A DNA stretch of 64,000 bases from Gemmatimonadota bacterium (lineage in GTDB: Bacteria; Gemmatimonadota; Gemmatimonadetes; Gemmatimonadales; Gemmatimonadaceae). The DNA lies in the NCBI GenBank assembly GCA_040389905.1, contig JAZJZK010000022.1, forward strand, positions 1 through 64,000. Direction: 5' to 3'. Positions 9,876 through 20,387 of this stretch are shown piece by piece. The position numbers and the translations under genes were made by a program. The notes under the pieces were generated by a model. It was not told the DNA's origin and made no database searches. It saw nothing but the letters and a program-made list of their open reading frames with translations. The first letter of the stretch is position 1, and the number at the start of each line of letters is the position of its first letter.

Positions 9876-10843
9876 GCGAGCCGCCTCAGGAGCGCCAGAA
9901 AGAACGGCACTCCGATCAGCGCGGTGACGGCGCCGAGAGGCAGCTCAGCGGGTGGACGCGCGATGCGTGCGACGAGGTCGGCGCAGACGACTAGTGATGC
10001 GCCGGCGAGCGCTGCAGCACCAATGATCGTCCGGTGAGTACGCGCTCCCGCGAGACGGACGAGGTGCGGAACCAGCAAGCCGACGAAGCCCACAAGCCCG
10101 GCAGCGCTCACCGTTCCAGCGGCCAGAAGCGCGCCGGCGACGTACACACCCAGCGTGACGCGCGCGACATCCACCCCTAGGCCCGCCGCGGTGTCATCGC
10201 CGAGTGCAAGCACATCGATGGACCGTGCCAATGCGAGCAGGCCACCGATCCCGATCACGACAAAAACCCCGAGCGAATACACATGCGTCCAGGTGGCCTC
10301 GGCCACGGAGCCCATCATCCACCACAGGGCGCCGCGAACAGTGGATGCATCGGCGTTGGCGAGCGCCACCATGATGACGGAGTTCGCAAATGCGCCCACG
10401 ACCACGCCGGCCATCAGCACCACGCGCGCGTCCCCCTGCCCGCCCGACGCACGTGCGACGAGCATCGTGAGCGCGACGGCGGCGAGCGCGCCGACGAAGC
10501 CCGCAATGGGGATCAGCGCGAATGGCGCGTGCATGACCGTCGCGAGAACAGCGCCGACAGCTGCGCCGCCCGAGACACCGAGGAGATATGGCTCAGCCAG
10601 TTTGTTCCGCGTGGCTCCCTGCAACGCGGCGCCGGACGACCCAAGTCCTGCGCCCACGAGTGCCGCGAGCAGTACGCGCGGCAACCGCAGCGACCGCACG
10701 ACGGTGACCGGCATTGGATCGCCGACTCCAAGTAGTCCGTTGATGACCTCGGCGAACGACAGATGCAGCGTGCCGATCATCACACCAGCGATGATCGCCA
10801 CGACGACCGCGACGACGAGCAGTGCCCAGCGCGAAAGGCGCAC
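9872..10843 (-). CDS. FecCD/BtuC-family ABC permease
   Basis: LRLPRVLLA, RNKLAEPYLLGVSGGA, GFVGLLVPH. Confidence 0.9.
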   Translation of the reverse strand: MRLSRWALLVVAVVVAIIAGVMIGTLHLSFAEVINGLLGVGDPMPVTVVRSLRLPRVLLAALVGAGLGSSGAALQGATRNKLAEPYLLGVSGGAAVGAVLATVMHAPFALIPIAGFVGALAAVALTMLVARASGGQGDARVVLMAGVVVGAFANSVIMVALANADASTVRGALWWMMGSVAEATWTHVYSLGVFVVIGIGGLLALARSIDVLALGDDTAAGLGVDVARVTLGVYVAGALLAAGTVSAAGLVGFVGLLVPHLVRLAGARTHRTIIGAAALAGASLVVCADLVARIARPPAELPLGAVTALIGVPFFLALLRRLA

Positions 10844-10844
10844 G

Positions 10845-11750
10845 TCAGAACTTCACGTCAGGGTGCAACAGACGCGCGATCGACTCCGCGCTGGCGCCCA
10901 CACGGGCGGAGGGTCCGTTGGCGATCGTGGAGTCAATGACGAGCACATGGTTCTGGCGGACTGCGCGCAGTGCCTGCCAGCGCTGATCCGTTGCGGCTCG
11001 CCTCCTCGTGGTGGTGCCGCCGAGGATGAAGTCCGGGTCTCGCTTGAGGAGTTCCTCGAACGCGACGGTCGGAGAAGGCTGTGGCAACTCAGCGAACACG
11101 TTTCTTGCGCCGGCGATCTCGATGAGTTCGTTGAGCCAGCTTCCGCCGCCGACCGACAGCAGTGGTGCATCCCAGAGCGGCCAGAAGACCGTTGGATGCG
11201 GTAGGTTCGCGGTGAGCGCGCGAACCCGCTTGATCGTCGCGGTTACCGAGTCGACGGTGCGGCTGGCGGCGGCGGTGTCGCCGGTGAGTCTCCCGAGCAA
11301 CCGGGTGACGCGGATCATGTCGGCAATGCGGTCGATCTTGTACGACGCCGTCGCAATGCCGCTCGAGCGAAAGCGCTGCGCGGCCGCGCGGTTGTCCGCG
11401 CTTGCGTACAGGAGAATCAGATCCGGGTGCACCGCCAGCACTGCCTCGATGTTCGGACGCAGGCCGGGCCCCAGGTCGGGAACGCTGCGGACCTCCGCGG
11501 GAATCGCGTCGTACGACGTGCGGCCCACGAGTCGAGCGCCGGCCCCGATCGCGTAGACGAGCTCGGTGGTCGTCGGATTGAGCGAGACGATCCGCATGGG
11601 CGCACCACCGACCACGAGCGTATCGCCGAAGTCGTCCGTTACGGGGGTGCTAGCAACGGGCGCCTCGCGCGTGCAGGCAAGCTGGCAAAGGGAGATCGCC
11701 GCGATGACGAGCGCGCTGTAACATTTGCGATAGAAAAGCAAAACGGGCAC
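10845..11750 (-). CDS. Cobalamin-binding periplasmic protein (BtuF-like)
   Basis: DDFG, RIVSLNPTTTE, PNIEAVLA; lipobox-like QLAC. Confidence 0.85.
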   Translation of the reverse strand: MPVLLFYRKCYSALVIAAISLCQLACTREAPVASTPVTDDFGDTLVVGGAPMRIVSLNPTTTELVYAIGAGARLVGRTSYDAIPAEVRSVPDLGPGLRPNIEAVLAVHPDLILLYASADNRAAAQRFRSSGIATASYKIDRIADMIRVTRLLGRLTGDTAAASRTVDSVTATIKRVRALTANLPHPTVFWPLWDAPLLSVGGGSWLNELIEIAGARNVFAELPQPSPTVAFEELLKRDPDFILGGTTTRRRAATDQRWQALRAVRQNHVLVIDSTIANGPSARVGASAESIARLLHPDVKF

Positions 11751-11854
11751 CTCCGGCCGAAGGAGAGTGCCCGTAACGGACGCGAACGCACGAACTGGCG
11801 GAACGCGGACGCCACCAGTCCTCCCCCGAGGACCTGTGAACGTATCGCGGACGA

Positions 11855-12005
11855 AGTCGTCTCCTGGCTCCGGGCCGCGCGTCCCCGCCTTCCCGACAAT
11901 GCGTCAGTGGCGTGTGTGAGGGAGCGCGTGCAAATGCCCGTTACAGTGGCGGGGCCGCACCGGCATTTCACCGGTTTCCGTGTCCCCGTTCGCGTCAGAT
12001 TGTTC
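11855..12005 (-). promoter_or_regulatory. Cobalamin riboswitch (boundaries approximate)
   Basis: Minus strand CGGAAACCGGTGAAATGCCGGTGCGGCCCCGCCACTGTAA ... GCCACTG ... GGGAAGG ... GAGCCAGGAGAC, upstream of btu-like genes. Confidence 0.92.
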
Positions 12006-12012
12006 GGCGAAT

Positions 12013-13188
12013 CTACCCCGCGGTCGTTCGGCGGGCAAGCGCGCTCGTGACACGCAGCTTCAGCGCCGCTCGCTGTGCGTCGTACGTCTCACGATCGAGT
12101 GACGCATCTCCGCCTTCGAAACGTGCGTCGAGCACCGCAATCTCCGCCAGGAGTTCGTCCGCAGTCGAGGGGGTACGCGCGCGCGGATCGGCGTTCTCCG
12201 TATCCCGCCGGCGCAGCGCGCGAAACAATGCGCCTGCCATGAGCACAATCATCACCGCGGCGAGGACGATGAGGACCTTCTTTCGCGTTTCCGCGGTCGC
12301 AGCGGGCACGGTAATGCGAACAGACTCACCCGCCGCAACGTCCTGCGCCAAAAAGCGCTTGAAGGTGCGGCCACCGGTCGTTGCGGCTGCCACGCTGCGG
12401 AGTTCACCACCGGTGACCACCGCGGTGGGTTCCTCCACGAGCACTTCGAGCACGCTCACCGCAGCGGTAATGCCGACGGCCAGCGGAAACGAGGATGACG
12501 GCAGCCGATAGGTATAGCTGATCTGCTTGACGCCAGGACCGAACGGCGAGGTTATCTCGGCGCGCCCTCGCCGCGCGACAATCGCGTCCGCCGCGACGTC
12601 CCCTTGGCCGCCGGCAAAGTTCGTCGCACCCGCCGGGAGTGGGGCGCTCCACACCGCGGCGAGCGAATCAACCCCTAGTACCGTGACGGTCGTGTCGTTC
12701 GACAGTTCCCAGACCTCGACGACGTCCCGATCGCCATCCGGCCGCGGGCCGCTGACGACGATGTGGTGGCCACGCACGCTGAACTCGATGGCATGGCGCG
12801 TCGTGTCGAAGACGGTAATCACGCCGTCGTCGCCGGATGCGGTGAGCTGCCGCAGCGGAGCGGAGAAGTACGCGATGCCCCGGTACACCGCCGCTGCGAA
12901 GAACACCCCCTCGTCGCCCTGGCGCTTCTGGTAGCGGAAGGCGTACCGCCCCGCCGCATCGGTCCTCACGGAGTCCACCGGCCCCGAGCTGTCTTCCGCA
13001 ACGCGATGCAACGTCACCATGATCCCCGGCACGGGGTCCAGTTTCGACTTTCCGGGTGTCTCGACGGTGCCTTTGACGGTCGCTTGCACGAAGCCCTGCG
13101 ACTGCGCTGGCAGCGACGGGAACGCGACGGACGACGCAGTCGCAATTCCGAGTGCGAGGGCGAGGCGTCTACGGATTGAACTTGCCAA
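12013..13188 (-). CDS. Hypothetical exported membrane-anchored protein
   Basis: Long ORF with signal-like N-terminus, beta-rich body, C-terminal TM helix and short helical tail; TTG start tentative. Confidence 0.65.
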   Translation of the reverse strand: MASSIRRRLALALGIATASSVAFPSLPAQSQGFVQATVKGTVETPGKSKLDPVPGIMVTLHRVAEDSSGPVDSVRTDAAGRYAFRYQKRQGDEGVFFAAAVYRGIAYFSAPLRQLTASGDDGVITVFDTTRHAIEFSVRGHHIVVSGPRPDGDRDVVEVWELSNDTTVTVLGVDSLAAVWSAPLPAGATNFAGGQGDVAADAIVARRGRAEITSPFGPGVKQISYTYRLPSSSFPLAVGITAAVSVLEVLVEEPTAVVTGGELRSVAAATTGGRTFKRFLAQDVAAGESVRITVPAATAETRKKVLIVLAAVMIVLMAGALFRALRRRDTENADPRARTPSTADELLAEIAVLDARFEGGDASLDRETYDAQRAALKLRVTSALARRTTAG

Positions 13189-13717
13189 AATCCTCCGGAC
13201 GTAACGCTTCGAGGTAGCGTTTGAGTTGCTCACTCGCGAGTTGTGCATCGGTCAGTCCCTGCGCCGCCACATCGTCAGGTGAGGGCGCGGAGAAGTCTGG
13301 ACCCGGGTCCTCCTCCTGCTCTTCAACCGCTTCTCCATCGACGAGCAGGTCTTCGGACACGAAGATCGGTGCATCCAGCCGAAGGGCAATGGCAATGCAG
13401 TCCGAGGGACGCGCGTCGACGTCCACCATTCCACCGCCGATCCGCAATCGCAGTTCGGCAATGTAGGTTCGGTCCTCGATTCGTGGGATGTTGACCGCCA
13501 CGAGCTCCGCACCGAGTCCCAGGATGAGATTACGGACGAGGTCGTGCGTCATCGGACGCGGGTCTTTCACCTTGTGAATGTGCCTGACGATCGAATCCGT
13601 TTCGACGGGGCCGATCCAGATCGGGAGGAGGCGTGAGCCACCTTTCTCCTGAAGCACGACCACGTTCGAATCCGAGGCGCTGTCGCGTCCGATGCGGGAA
13701 ACGAAGACTTCGACCAT
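13169..13717 (-). CDS. Bifunctional nuclease family protein (DUF151)
   Basis: LLPIWIG, PRPMTHDL, DARPSDCIAIALR. Confidence 0.9.
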   Translation of the reverse strand: MVEVFVSRIGRDSASDSNVVVLQEKGGSRLLPIWIGPVETDSIVRHIHKVKDPRPMTHDLVRNLILGLGAELVAVNIPRIEDRTYIAELRLRIGGGMVDVDARPSDCIAIALRLDAPIFVSEDLLVDGEAVEEQEEDPGPDFSAPSPDDVAAQGLTDAQLASEQLKRYLEALRPEDFGKFNP

Positions 13718-13770
13718 GATGAAGTGTACCGCGATCCGGGCGCGAAAGTCAGCGCCCGGATCCGGTCACG

Positions 13771-14952
13771 TTACTTCTCGGCGCGGGCCGCTTTCTTCAA
13801 TGCCGCAGCCTTGTCCGTGCGCTCCCAACTAAAGAGCGTGCACGCCGTCTTGCCCGAACCAACCTTTTCCGGCGTACGCCCAAAGTGTCCGTACGCGGAC
13901 GTCGCGCTGTAGATCGGCTTGCGCAGATCGAGCGACGTCGTGATGCCTTTCGGCGTGAGATCGAAGTTGGCGTTGACCGCGTCCAGAATGCGCGCCTCGG
14001 GAACGGTCGCCGTGCCAAACGTATCGACGCGCACGGACACGGGTTCAGCAACACCAATGGCGTAGGCGACCTGCACTTCACAGCGCCGGGCAAGGCCAGC
14101 CGCCACGATATTCTTGGCGACCCACCGCGCGGCGTAGCACGCCGAACGGTCCACCTTCGAGGGATCCTTGCCGCTGAATGCGCCGCCGCCATGGCGCCCC
14201 ATTCCGCCATACGTATCAACGATGATCTTGCGGCCAGTCAGCCCGCAATCGCCCTGCGGTCCGCCGATGACGAAACGGCCCGTTGGGTTGATGTGATATT
14301 TGATCTTCTTCTGGCGGAGCTCCTTCGGAATCGACGCTTCGATGACGTCGCTGATAATGGCCTTGCGGAGCTTCGTGTTGTTGATGCCGTCCGCGTGCTG
14401 GGTGCTGATCACCACGGTGTCCACCGCGACCGGCTGGCCATCCTCGTACACGACCGTGACCTGTGACTTGCCGTCGGGGCGCAGCCACTTGAGGTCACCG
14501 CTCTTCCGGCGTTCCGCGAGCGCGCGCGTCAGCTTGTGCGCGAGCATGATGGGCATCGGCATGAGCTCCTCCGTTTCATCGCTCGCATAGCCGAACATCA
14601 TGCCCTGGTCGCCGGCGCCACCCGTGTCCACGCCTTGTCCGATGTCGCGCGATTGCGCGTCGATCGTGCTCATGACCGCGCAGGTGTTGGCATCGAAGCC
14701 GAAGCCGGCGTCGGTGTACCCAATGCGCCGGATGGTATCACGAACGACGTCTGGGAGGTGAACGTATGCGCTCGTCGTGATCTCACCTGCGATGACGGCG
14801 AGGCCCGTTGTCACGAGCGTTTCACAGGCAACGCGCGCGACCGGATCCTTTTCGAGCAGGCAATCCAGGACGGCGTCTGAGATGGCATCCGCGACCTTGT
14901 CGGGATGCCCTTCGGTTACTGATTCGGACGTAAAGAGACTGCGATCATGCAC
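13771..14952 (-). CDS. metK: S-adenosylmethionine synthetase (GTG start 14952 or 14967)
   Basis: [28 protein letters not shown]. Confidence 0.97.
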   Translation of the reverse strand: MHDRSLFTSESVTEGHPDKVADAISDAVLDCLLEKDPVARVACETLVTTGLAVIAGEITTSAYVHLPDVVRDTIRRIGYTDAGFGFDANTCAVMSTIDAQSRDIGQGVDTGGAGDQGMMFGYASDETEELMPMPIMLAHKLTRALAERRKSGDLKWLRPDGKSQVTVVYEDGQPVAVDTVVISTQHADGINNTKLRKAIISDVIEASIPKELRQKKIKYHINPTGRFVIGGPQGDCGLTGRKIIVDTYGGMGRHGGGAFSGKDPSKVDRSACYAARWVAKNIVAAGLARRCEVQVAYAIGVAEPVSVRVDTFGTATVPEARILDAVNANFDLTPKGITTSLDLRKPIYSATSAYGHFGRTPEKVGSGKTACTLFSWERTDKAAALKKAARAEK

Positions 14953-14981
14953 GGCGATGTTCCCCACTATTCGGTTGGAGA

Positions 14982-15017
14982 GGAAGAAAGAAGGCCCGAC
15001 ACCATGCTGCCGGGCCC
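14982..15017 (-). terminator. Terminator-like hairpin between ptsI and metK
   Basis: GGCCCGGCA-GCATGG-TGTCGGGCC followed by TTCTTTCTT on minus strand. Confidence 0.6.
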
Positions 15018-15054
15018 ACTACCGTCAAAGACGACGTTGACGAAAGAAAGCGAG

Positions 15055-16827
15055 TCAGCCCGAGCCCGGCAACCCATCGTAGAGATATGGCGCATCGCCA
15101 ATGGAGTCCCCAAGCCGCCGCGCCAATTCATGGCGCGCCTGCTCGGCCGTCAGTGCGCGAAGTGCCGCGGACGCTGCAAGCTTCGCATGTGCGGCCGTCA
15201 CGCTGCGCACGATGCGTTTCACGAGCGGAACGGATCGCGGCGCGACGCTCATTTGCCGCACCCCGAGGCCGAGCAACGCGAAGGCCATGAGCGGTTGCGA
15301 CGCCATCTCACCACACACCGCCACCTCGATGTCGCCCAGCTCCGCCACCTCCACTGTGCGCTTGATCAAACGGAGCACCGCGGGGTGGAGCGGGGTGAAA
15401 CGCGACGCGAGGTTGGCGGCGCCGCGATCCACCGCCAGCGTGTACTGCACCAGGTCGTTGGTTCCAATGCTGAAGAAGTCCACGTCGTGCGTGAAGGTGT
15501 CGCTCGCGACTGCGGCCGCCGGCGTCTCGATCATGACGCCCAGCGGCACGTCGATCCGGTGATCGACCCCTTTCTCTTTCAACTCCGCCGCGGCCTCTTC
15601 GAGCAGCTTCCGCGCGGCCAATACTTCATCGAGCGTAACGATCAACGGCAGCATGATGCGAAGATCGCCATGCGTCGCTGCGCGAAGCAGTGCGCGGAGC
15701 TGCGTCTTGAACATCTCCGGCTGGTCGAGGCACATGCGGATGGCGCGCCACCCCAGAAACGGATTCGGCTCCGTGGGGAATCCCCCCATCGGGAGCTTGT
15801 CGCCGCCGATGTCGAAGGTGCGAATGACGACGGGCTTGCCCGGAAACGCTTCGAGCACACGACGATATGCTCTGTACTGTTCGTCCTCGTCCGGCATGTT
15901 CGCCCGGCCGACGACAAGAAACTCCGTGCGCATGAGGCCCACACCTTCTGCCCCGCTCCGCGCGGCTGCCTCCGCCTCTTCAGGGATGTCCACGTTGGCG
16001 CGGAGCGTCACGCGCACACCGTCGAGGGTAATCGCTTCGAGCGCCGCGAGATCGGCGAGCGCGGCCTCGGCAATCTCTTCCTCGCGCTGCCGCTCGTGAT
16101 ACCGGTCGATCTCCTCGTCGGTGGGGTTGATCGCAAGCATTCCCGTGCTGCCGTCGAGGACGACCCGTTCACCACCGACGAGCTGCGCTGTCGCCGTACG
16201 AAGGCCCACGACTGCCGGAAGGCCGAGGGAGCGCGCGAGGATCGCCACGTGCGACGTGCGTGTGCCGGCGTCCGTCGCGATGGCCACGATGGAATGCCGC
16301 TCGAGCTGCACCGTCAAGCTCGGCGTCAGGTCATGCGTCACGAGAATCGCGTTCGCTCCCGGAGGCAAGTCGACAGGATCGTGATCGGGTAGGCCGAGCA
16401 GGAGCGAGAGGACTCGAATGTGGATGTCCGTCAGGTCGCCGACGCGCTCGCGCAGCATGGGCGACGAGTGCCTGGCGAAACGCGTCCGCCATTCGAGCAT
16501 GACGAGATCGAAGGCCTTTTCCGCGGCAATATTCTGACGGACCAGGTCCTGGACCCCGCGGGTCAGCTCGCGGTCGTCGAGGATGGACAACTGTACGTCG
16601 AAGATCGCTGCTTCCTCCGGCCCTGCCGTCGACTCCACGCGCGTTCGCAGATGGCGTAAGCGCTCCTTGGCGCGCCGGACGGCTTCGTTCAGCCGCGCGA
16701 GTTCGTCCTGGACATTTTCGTCCGGGATGATGCGCTGCGGCACGTCGGGCACCTCCCACCTGAGCAGGTGGGCGAAGCCAACGACGATGCCCGGCGAGGC
16801 GGGAATTCCCTGTATCTGTCGCTCCAC
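15055..16827 (-). CDS. ptsI: PTS enzyme I
   Basis: GTRTSHVAIL phospho-His, RTFDIGGDK, SIGTNDL, CGEMA. Confidence 0.95.
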   Translation of the reverse strand: MERQIQGIPASPGIVVGFAHLLRWEVPDVPQRIIPDENVQDELARLNEAVRRAKERLRHLRTRVESTAGPEEAAIFDVQLSILDDRELTRGVQDLVRQNIAAEKAFDLVMLEWRTRFARHSSPMLRERVGDLTDIHIRVLSLLLGLPDHDPVDLPPGANAILVTHDLTPSLTVQLERHSIVAIATDAGTRTSHVAILARSLGLPAVVGLRTATAQLVGGERVVLDGSTGMLAINPTDEEIDRYHERQREEEIAEAALADLAALEAITLDGVRVTLRANVDIPEEAEAAARSGAEGVGLMRTEFLVVGRANMPDEDEQYRAYRRVLEAFPGKPVVIRTFDIGGDKLPMGGFPTEPNPFLGWRAIRMCLDQPEMFKTQLRALLRAATHGDLRIMLPLIVTLDEVLAARKLLEEAAAELKEKGVDHRIDVPLGVMIETPAAAVASDTFTHDVDFFSIGTNDLVQYTLAVDRGAANLASRFTPLHPAVLRLIKRTVEVAELGDIEVAVCGEMASQPLMAFALLGLGVRQMSVAPRSVPLVKRIVRSVTAAHAKLAASAALRALTAEQARHELARRLGDSIGDAPYLYDGLPGSG

Positions 16828-17093
16828 TACCGCTCTCCGAACTTGTTCCTGATCAACGCAGCCAATGCTTCGAGCGCCGCGTCCTCGTCGGCCCCCTCGG
16901 CGCGCAGCATCAGTGTCGCACCGCACTCGGCGGCGAGCATCATGACGCCCATGATACTCTTGCCGTTCACCTCCGTATCGTCGCGAATGAGTGTGATCTC
17001 ACTCTGATACTTCGCGGCGAGTTTGACGATTTCTGCCGCCGGCCGCGCATGCAGGCCGTTCTTGTTGAGAATCTGGACGGAGCGTTCGGCCAT
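16827..17093 (-). CDS. ptsH: Phosphocarrier protein HPr
   Basis: GLHARPAA (His15) and NGKSIMG (Ser46); 88 aa at 3' end of listed ORF. Confidence 0.95.
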   Translation of the reverse strand: MAERSVQILNKNGLHARPAAEIVKLAAKYQSEITLIRDDTEVNGKSIMGVMMLAAECGATLMLRAEGADEDAALEALAALIRNKFGER

Positions 17094-17875
17094 CAGCGAG
17101 CCACCGAGACGAGGGCGAAAAGTGCGATGAGCACGAGGGCAAGCTTGTAGCCTTCCACACGCCCGTGGAGCCGGACGAGAACGACAGCGACGCACGCAGC
17201 CATTGCCAGCACAGAGCCAACGAAGGTCACGCGATGACCGAGTAACCCGGCCGCTGTGAGCGGAAGCGCTACACCAGCGACCGCCGCGGCGGCTCGTGCG
17301 ACATGCGTCGGTCCGTGGCGAAGGACCGGATTCGCCAGCGCGGATGCGACGCCGAGCCCGCGCGACCACCCAACGTGCAACCCCCACGCCCGAAGCGCGA
17401 GGTGTCCAGCGTTGTAGAGCAGCAGGAATGTGATAATCAGGTACGACGGCCGCACGCCGAGGCCGAACAGCAGCAGTGCGAGCAGCGAACAGAACGGCAG
17501 CCAGCCCGCCCAGACGAGTCGATCGCCGACGCTGCCAAGTGGTCCGCACAGTGCGGTCCGAAATCTCTCGATGCGATCCGGAGGAACTTCGGAGAGCTCG
17601 GCGCGTGCCAGCGCGCCAACCGCGACCGCCGCGAGATACGGATGCGCATTGAAATAGGCGCTCTGTCGCGTCACCGCCGCCTTGAACGCCGGCCCATGCA
17701 CGCCACCGGGAAGGCCGCGTAACGCCGGCTCGACGCAGAACCCAATGCCGTTGCCCAGGAGCGTCTCGTAGTTCCACGACCCCTGAATGGCGAGCAGCCG
17801 CGTGAAAATATTCACCCAGGTGAGCGTCGAGAGCTTCGGCGCGGGGCGCATGTCGGGAGCGGTTGCGGCGGTCAT
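17093..17875 (-). CDS. PTS mannose-family IID component
   Basis: QGSWNYE, YFNAHPY, GPLGSVGD. Confidence 0.88.
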   Translation of the reverse strand: MTAATAPDMRPAPKLSTLTWVNIFTRLLAIQGSWNYETLLGNGIGFCVEPALRGLPGGVHGPAFKAAVTRQSAYFNAHPYLAAVAVGALARAELSEVPPDRIERFRTALCGPLGSVGDRLVWAGWLPFCSLLALLLFGLGVRPSYLIITFLLLYNAGHLALRAWGLHVGWSRGLGVASALANPVLRHGPTHVARAAAAVAGVALPLTAAGLLGHRVTFVGSVLAMAACVAVVLVRLHGRVEGYKLALVLIALFALVSVAR

Positions 17876-18549
17876 CGGCCCATCAGGATGGCGAAGCCCA
17901 CGACAAGCCCACCGGCGAAATACCAGCGCGCCCCGCGTGCCGAGTGGAAGATCGTCCACGCAGCGGCACCGGCGACGGCGCACGCGAGGCCAACCACGAA
18001 TGCGCGCGACGTCGGCTCGCTGATCGACCACACGCCCTGAATGGCTCGTGCCACAGGGAAAAGCGCCGCGTACGAACCGGCCGTCAACAAGCCCGCCCGA
18101 ATCATGTCGCTGCTCAGCCCCGCGAGTTGAAGCCCGATCACCGCGCCACGCGACCCGGCATCCAGCGCGGGACGCTTCCGCCGCGCGAGCCAGGCGTTCC
18201 AGAGCCGGAGCTGCACGAGCGTCATCCCGCCAATCCAGGCCGTCGCGAGGGCGGCCAGCACACCGATGGTCAGTCCGCCTGCGCTATCGTGGTGCAGCGC
18301 TCCCGCGATTCCTCCCCCGACAACCGCTGCAGAGCCCCATTCCGGATATCGCGATGCGCCGAATGGAAGGGTGGCAAGCGCGATCAATTCAAGCGTCACG
18401 CCGACGAGGATGCCCATGCTCGGCTCCCCGGCGACGGCACCTCCCAGCGTCGCGGCGATGAGCGGCCGCGAAATCATGGCCTGCGGAAAGCAGACGACGT
18501 CGAGCCCGAGAATCGCGCCGAGCATGGCGAGCGGGAGGAGGTCGATCAT
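17872..18549 (-). CDS. PTS mannose-family IIC component
   Basis: Hydrophobic; QAMISRPL, G..LELI; position in cluster. Confidence 0.85.
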   Translation of the reverse strand: MIDLLPLAMLGAILGLDVVCFPQAMISRPLIAATLGGAVAGEPSMGILVGVTLELIALATLPFGASRYPEWGSAAVVGGGIAGALHHDSAGGLTIGVLAALATAWIGGMTLVQLRLWNAWLARRKRPALDAGSRGAVIGLQLAGLSSDMIRAGLLTAGSYAALFPVARAIQGVWSISEPTSRAFVVGLACAVAGAAAWTIFHSARGARWYFAGGLVVGFAILMGR

Positions 18550-19034
18550 GCGCCCTCCCTCGCGGCGAGTAGCTCGGTCAGGGAAACGGCGCGTGCAGCG
18601 GGCACATCCTGCGCGGTTACGACAGCACCCAACTCGGCGAGCTCCCGAAGCGCGTCCTGTTCGTCGGGCGTGAGAAAGACATAGCGGAGATGTTGTGTCC
18701 TGCCGGCCCGATGGTGAATTCCGCCCACATTCACTTCACGGACGCCGCCATTCACCACGAGGTGCTTCATCGTGGAAATGGCACCGGTGAGCAGGATGCC
18801 TGGCCTCGCCTCGGTGCGATATGCATCGAGACGCGGAGCGGCATCAGCGGCGGAATGAAAACGCACCTCCATTTCCGGCGGTACACCCATGCGGTAGAGA
18901 TCCTGTTCCCAGTCACTCGCAGCGACCTCGTCGTCGACGAGCACGATGAACTCCACGTCGAGCGGCTGCCCCCAGCCGACGACCACCTGGCCATGAATCA
19001 GCCTGTCGTCGATTCGGTTCAGCACGAGCGTCAT
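18546..19034 (-). CDS. PTS mannose-family IIB component
   Basis: RIDDRLIHGQV, VNVGG. Confidence 0.92.
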   Translation of the reverse strand: MTLVLNRIDDRLIHGQVVVGWGQPLDVEFIVLVDDEVAASDWEQDLYRMGVPPEMEVRFHSAADAAPRLDAYRTEARPGILLTGAISTMKHLVVNGGVREVNVGGIHHRAGRTQHLRYVFLTPDEQDALRELAELGAVVTAQDVPAARAVSLTELLAAREGA

Positions 19035-19423
19035 GCCGGCGCTCCGTGCACGCTGACGGCGGCGCGGCCCCGTTCCGCCGCCGCGACCGCCGCGAGTCCG
19101 GCGTCCGGGTTGGTCGACAGGACAAAGTCGAGCAACATCGGCAAGTTGGCACCCGCGACCAGCACACCCTCGCCGAGCTCTCGAATCACTCGCCTCGACG
19201 CCATCGTGCAGCTACCTGCCTGCAGGTCGGTGAAGATCACGCGCGCACCGCTTTCGACCAGCGAATCGCGCAGCAGCTTCTGGATATCGTCTCCGCAGAG
19301 GCCACGCACCTGGATGGGCATGAGGAGATTCCCGTGACCGGTGATCTGCTCGACGGCCGACACGAGGCCGGCGGCGAAATCCGCGTGCCCCGCCACGAGC
19401 GCACGTGGAGCCGGTTCACTCAT
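19031..19423 (-). CDS. PTS mannose-family IIA component
   Basis: VAGHADFA, TDLQAGS, AGANLPML. Confidence 0.88.
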   Translation of the reverse strand: MSEPAPRALVAGHADFAAGLVSAVEQITGHGNLLMPIQVRGLCGDDIQKLLRDSLVESGARVIFTDLQAGSCTMASRRVIRELGEGVLVAGANLPMLLDFVLSTNPDAGLAAVAAAERGRAAVSVHGAPA

Positions 19424-20387
19424 GGTCTTCACGGAGATAGCGGTTGATCTCTGCCTTATCGCGCATCTGCTTGATCAAGGCCTCGTTGAATCGCTCGGCG
19501 GGGTCGATGCCGCTCCACTTGAGGAGGTGGTGCATCGCGATGACTTCAGCGACGACAGTGATGTTCTTGCCCGGATTGAGAAGAATCGTGATGCGCGGGA
19601 CCTGGACGCCAAGGATGTCCATCGTCTCGCCATCGAGCCCGGTACGCTCGACCTCGACGCCATGCTGCCACTCCTGAAGCTGAACGACGACTTCGATGCG
19701 CTTTTGCTGCCGCACGGCCCGAATGCCGAAGATCGCCGGAATGTCGACGAGCCCGATGCCACGAATCTCCATGTAATGCTTCTGGAGTTCATTGCCGCGT
19801 CCAATGAGGATATCACCCGCGCGCCGCTTGATAATCACCATGTCATCGGCAACCAACCGATGGCCGCGCTCCACGAGATCGAGCACGCACTCCGACTTGC
19901 CAATGCCGCTCTGCCCCATGAACAGCACGCCGACGCCATAGATGTCCGCGAGCGACCCGTGCATGGTCGTCTGCGGTGCGAAGGCATCCTCGAGCCACGG
20001 CTTCGCCCTGACGTAGAACTCGTTCGTCTTGAGCGCCGAACGAAGGATGGTAACTCCGGCGCTCGTCGCTTCCTCAATCACTTCAGTCGGCAGTTCCAAT
20101 CCCTTCGTCACGAAGAGGCATGGAAAGCTGAACGTGAAGAACTTCCGCAAGTTCTCGCGCCGTGTTTCCGCGTCGAGCGAACGGAGGTAGGTCACCTCCG
20201 TCTCCCCGAAAACCTGCATTCGCTCCGGAGGAAAGCGCGCGACGAAGCCGGCGAGCGCGAGACCTGGGCTCGAGACTTCCGCGGAGGACACGATGCGGCC
20301 GAGCCCGTCCGGCCCGGGAACGAGTTCGAGTTCCAGCAGTTCGCGAAGCTGGACGAACAACTCACCGACGCGGAGTTGCGCGGTCAC
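19416..20387 (-). CDS. hprK: HPr kinase/phosphorylase
   Basis: GQSGIGKSE, HRLVADD, MEIRGIG. Confidence 0.95.
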   Translation of the reverse strand: MTAQLRVGELFVQLRELLELELVPGPDGLGRIVSSAEVSSPGLALAGFVARFPPERMQVFGETEVTYLRSLDAETRRENLRKFFTFSFPCLFVTKGLELPTEVIEEATSAGVTILRSALKTNEFYVRAKPWLEDAFAPQTTMHGSLADIYGVGVLFMGQSGIGKSECVLDLVERGHRLVADDMVIIKRRAGDILIGRGNELQKHYMEIRGIGLVDIPAIFGIRAVRQQKRIEVVVQLQEWQHGVEVERTGLDGETMDILGVQVPRITILLNPGKNITVVAEVIAMHHLLKWSGIDPAERFNEALIKQMRDKAEINRYLREDHE

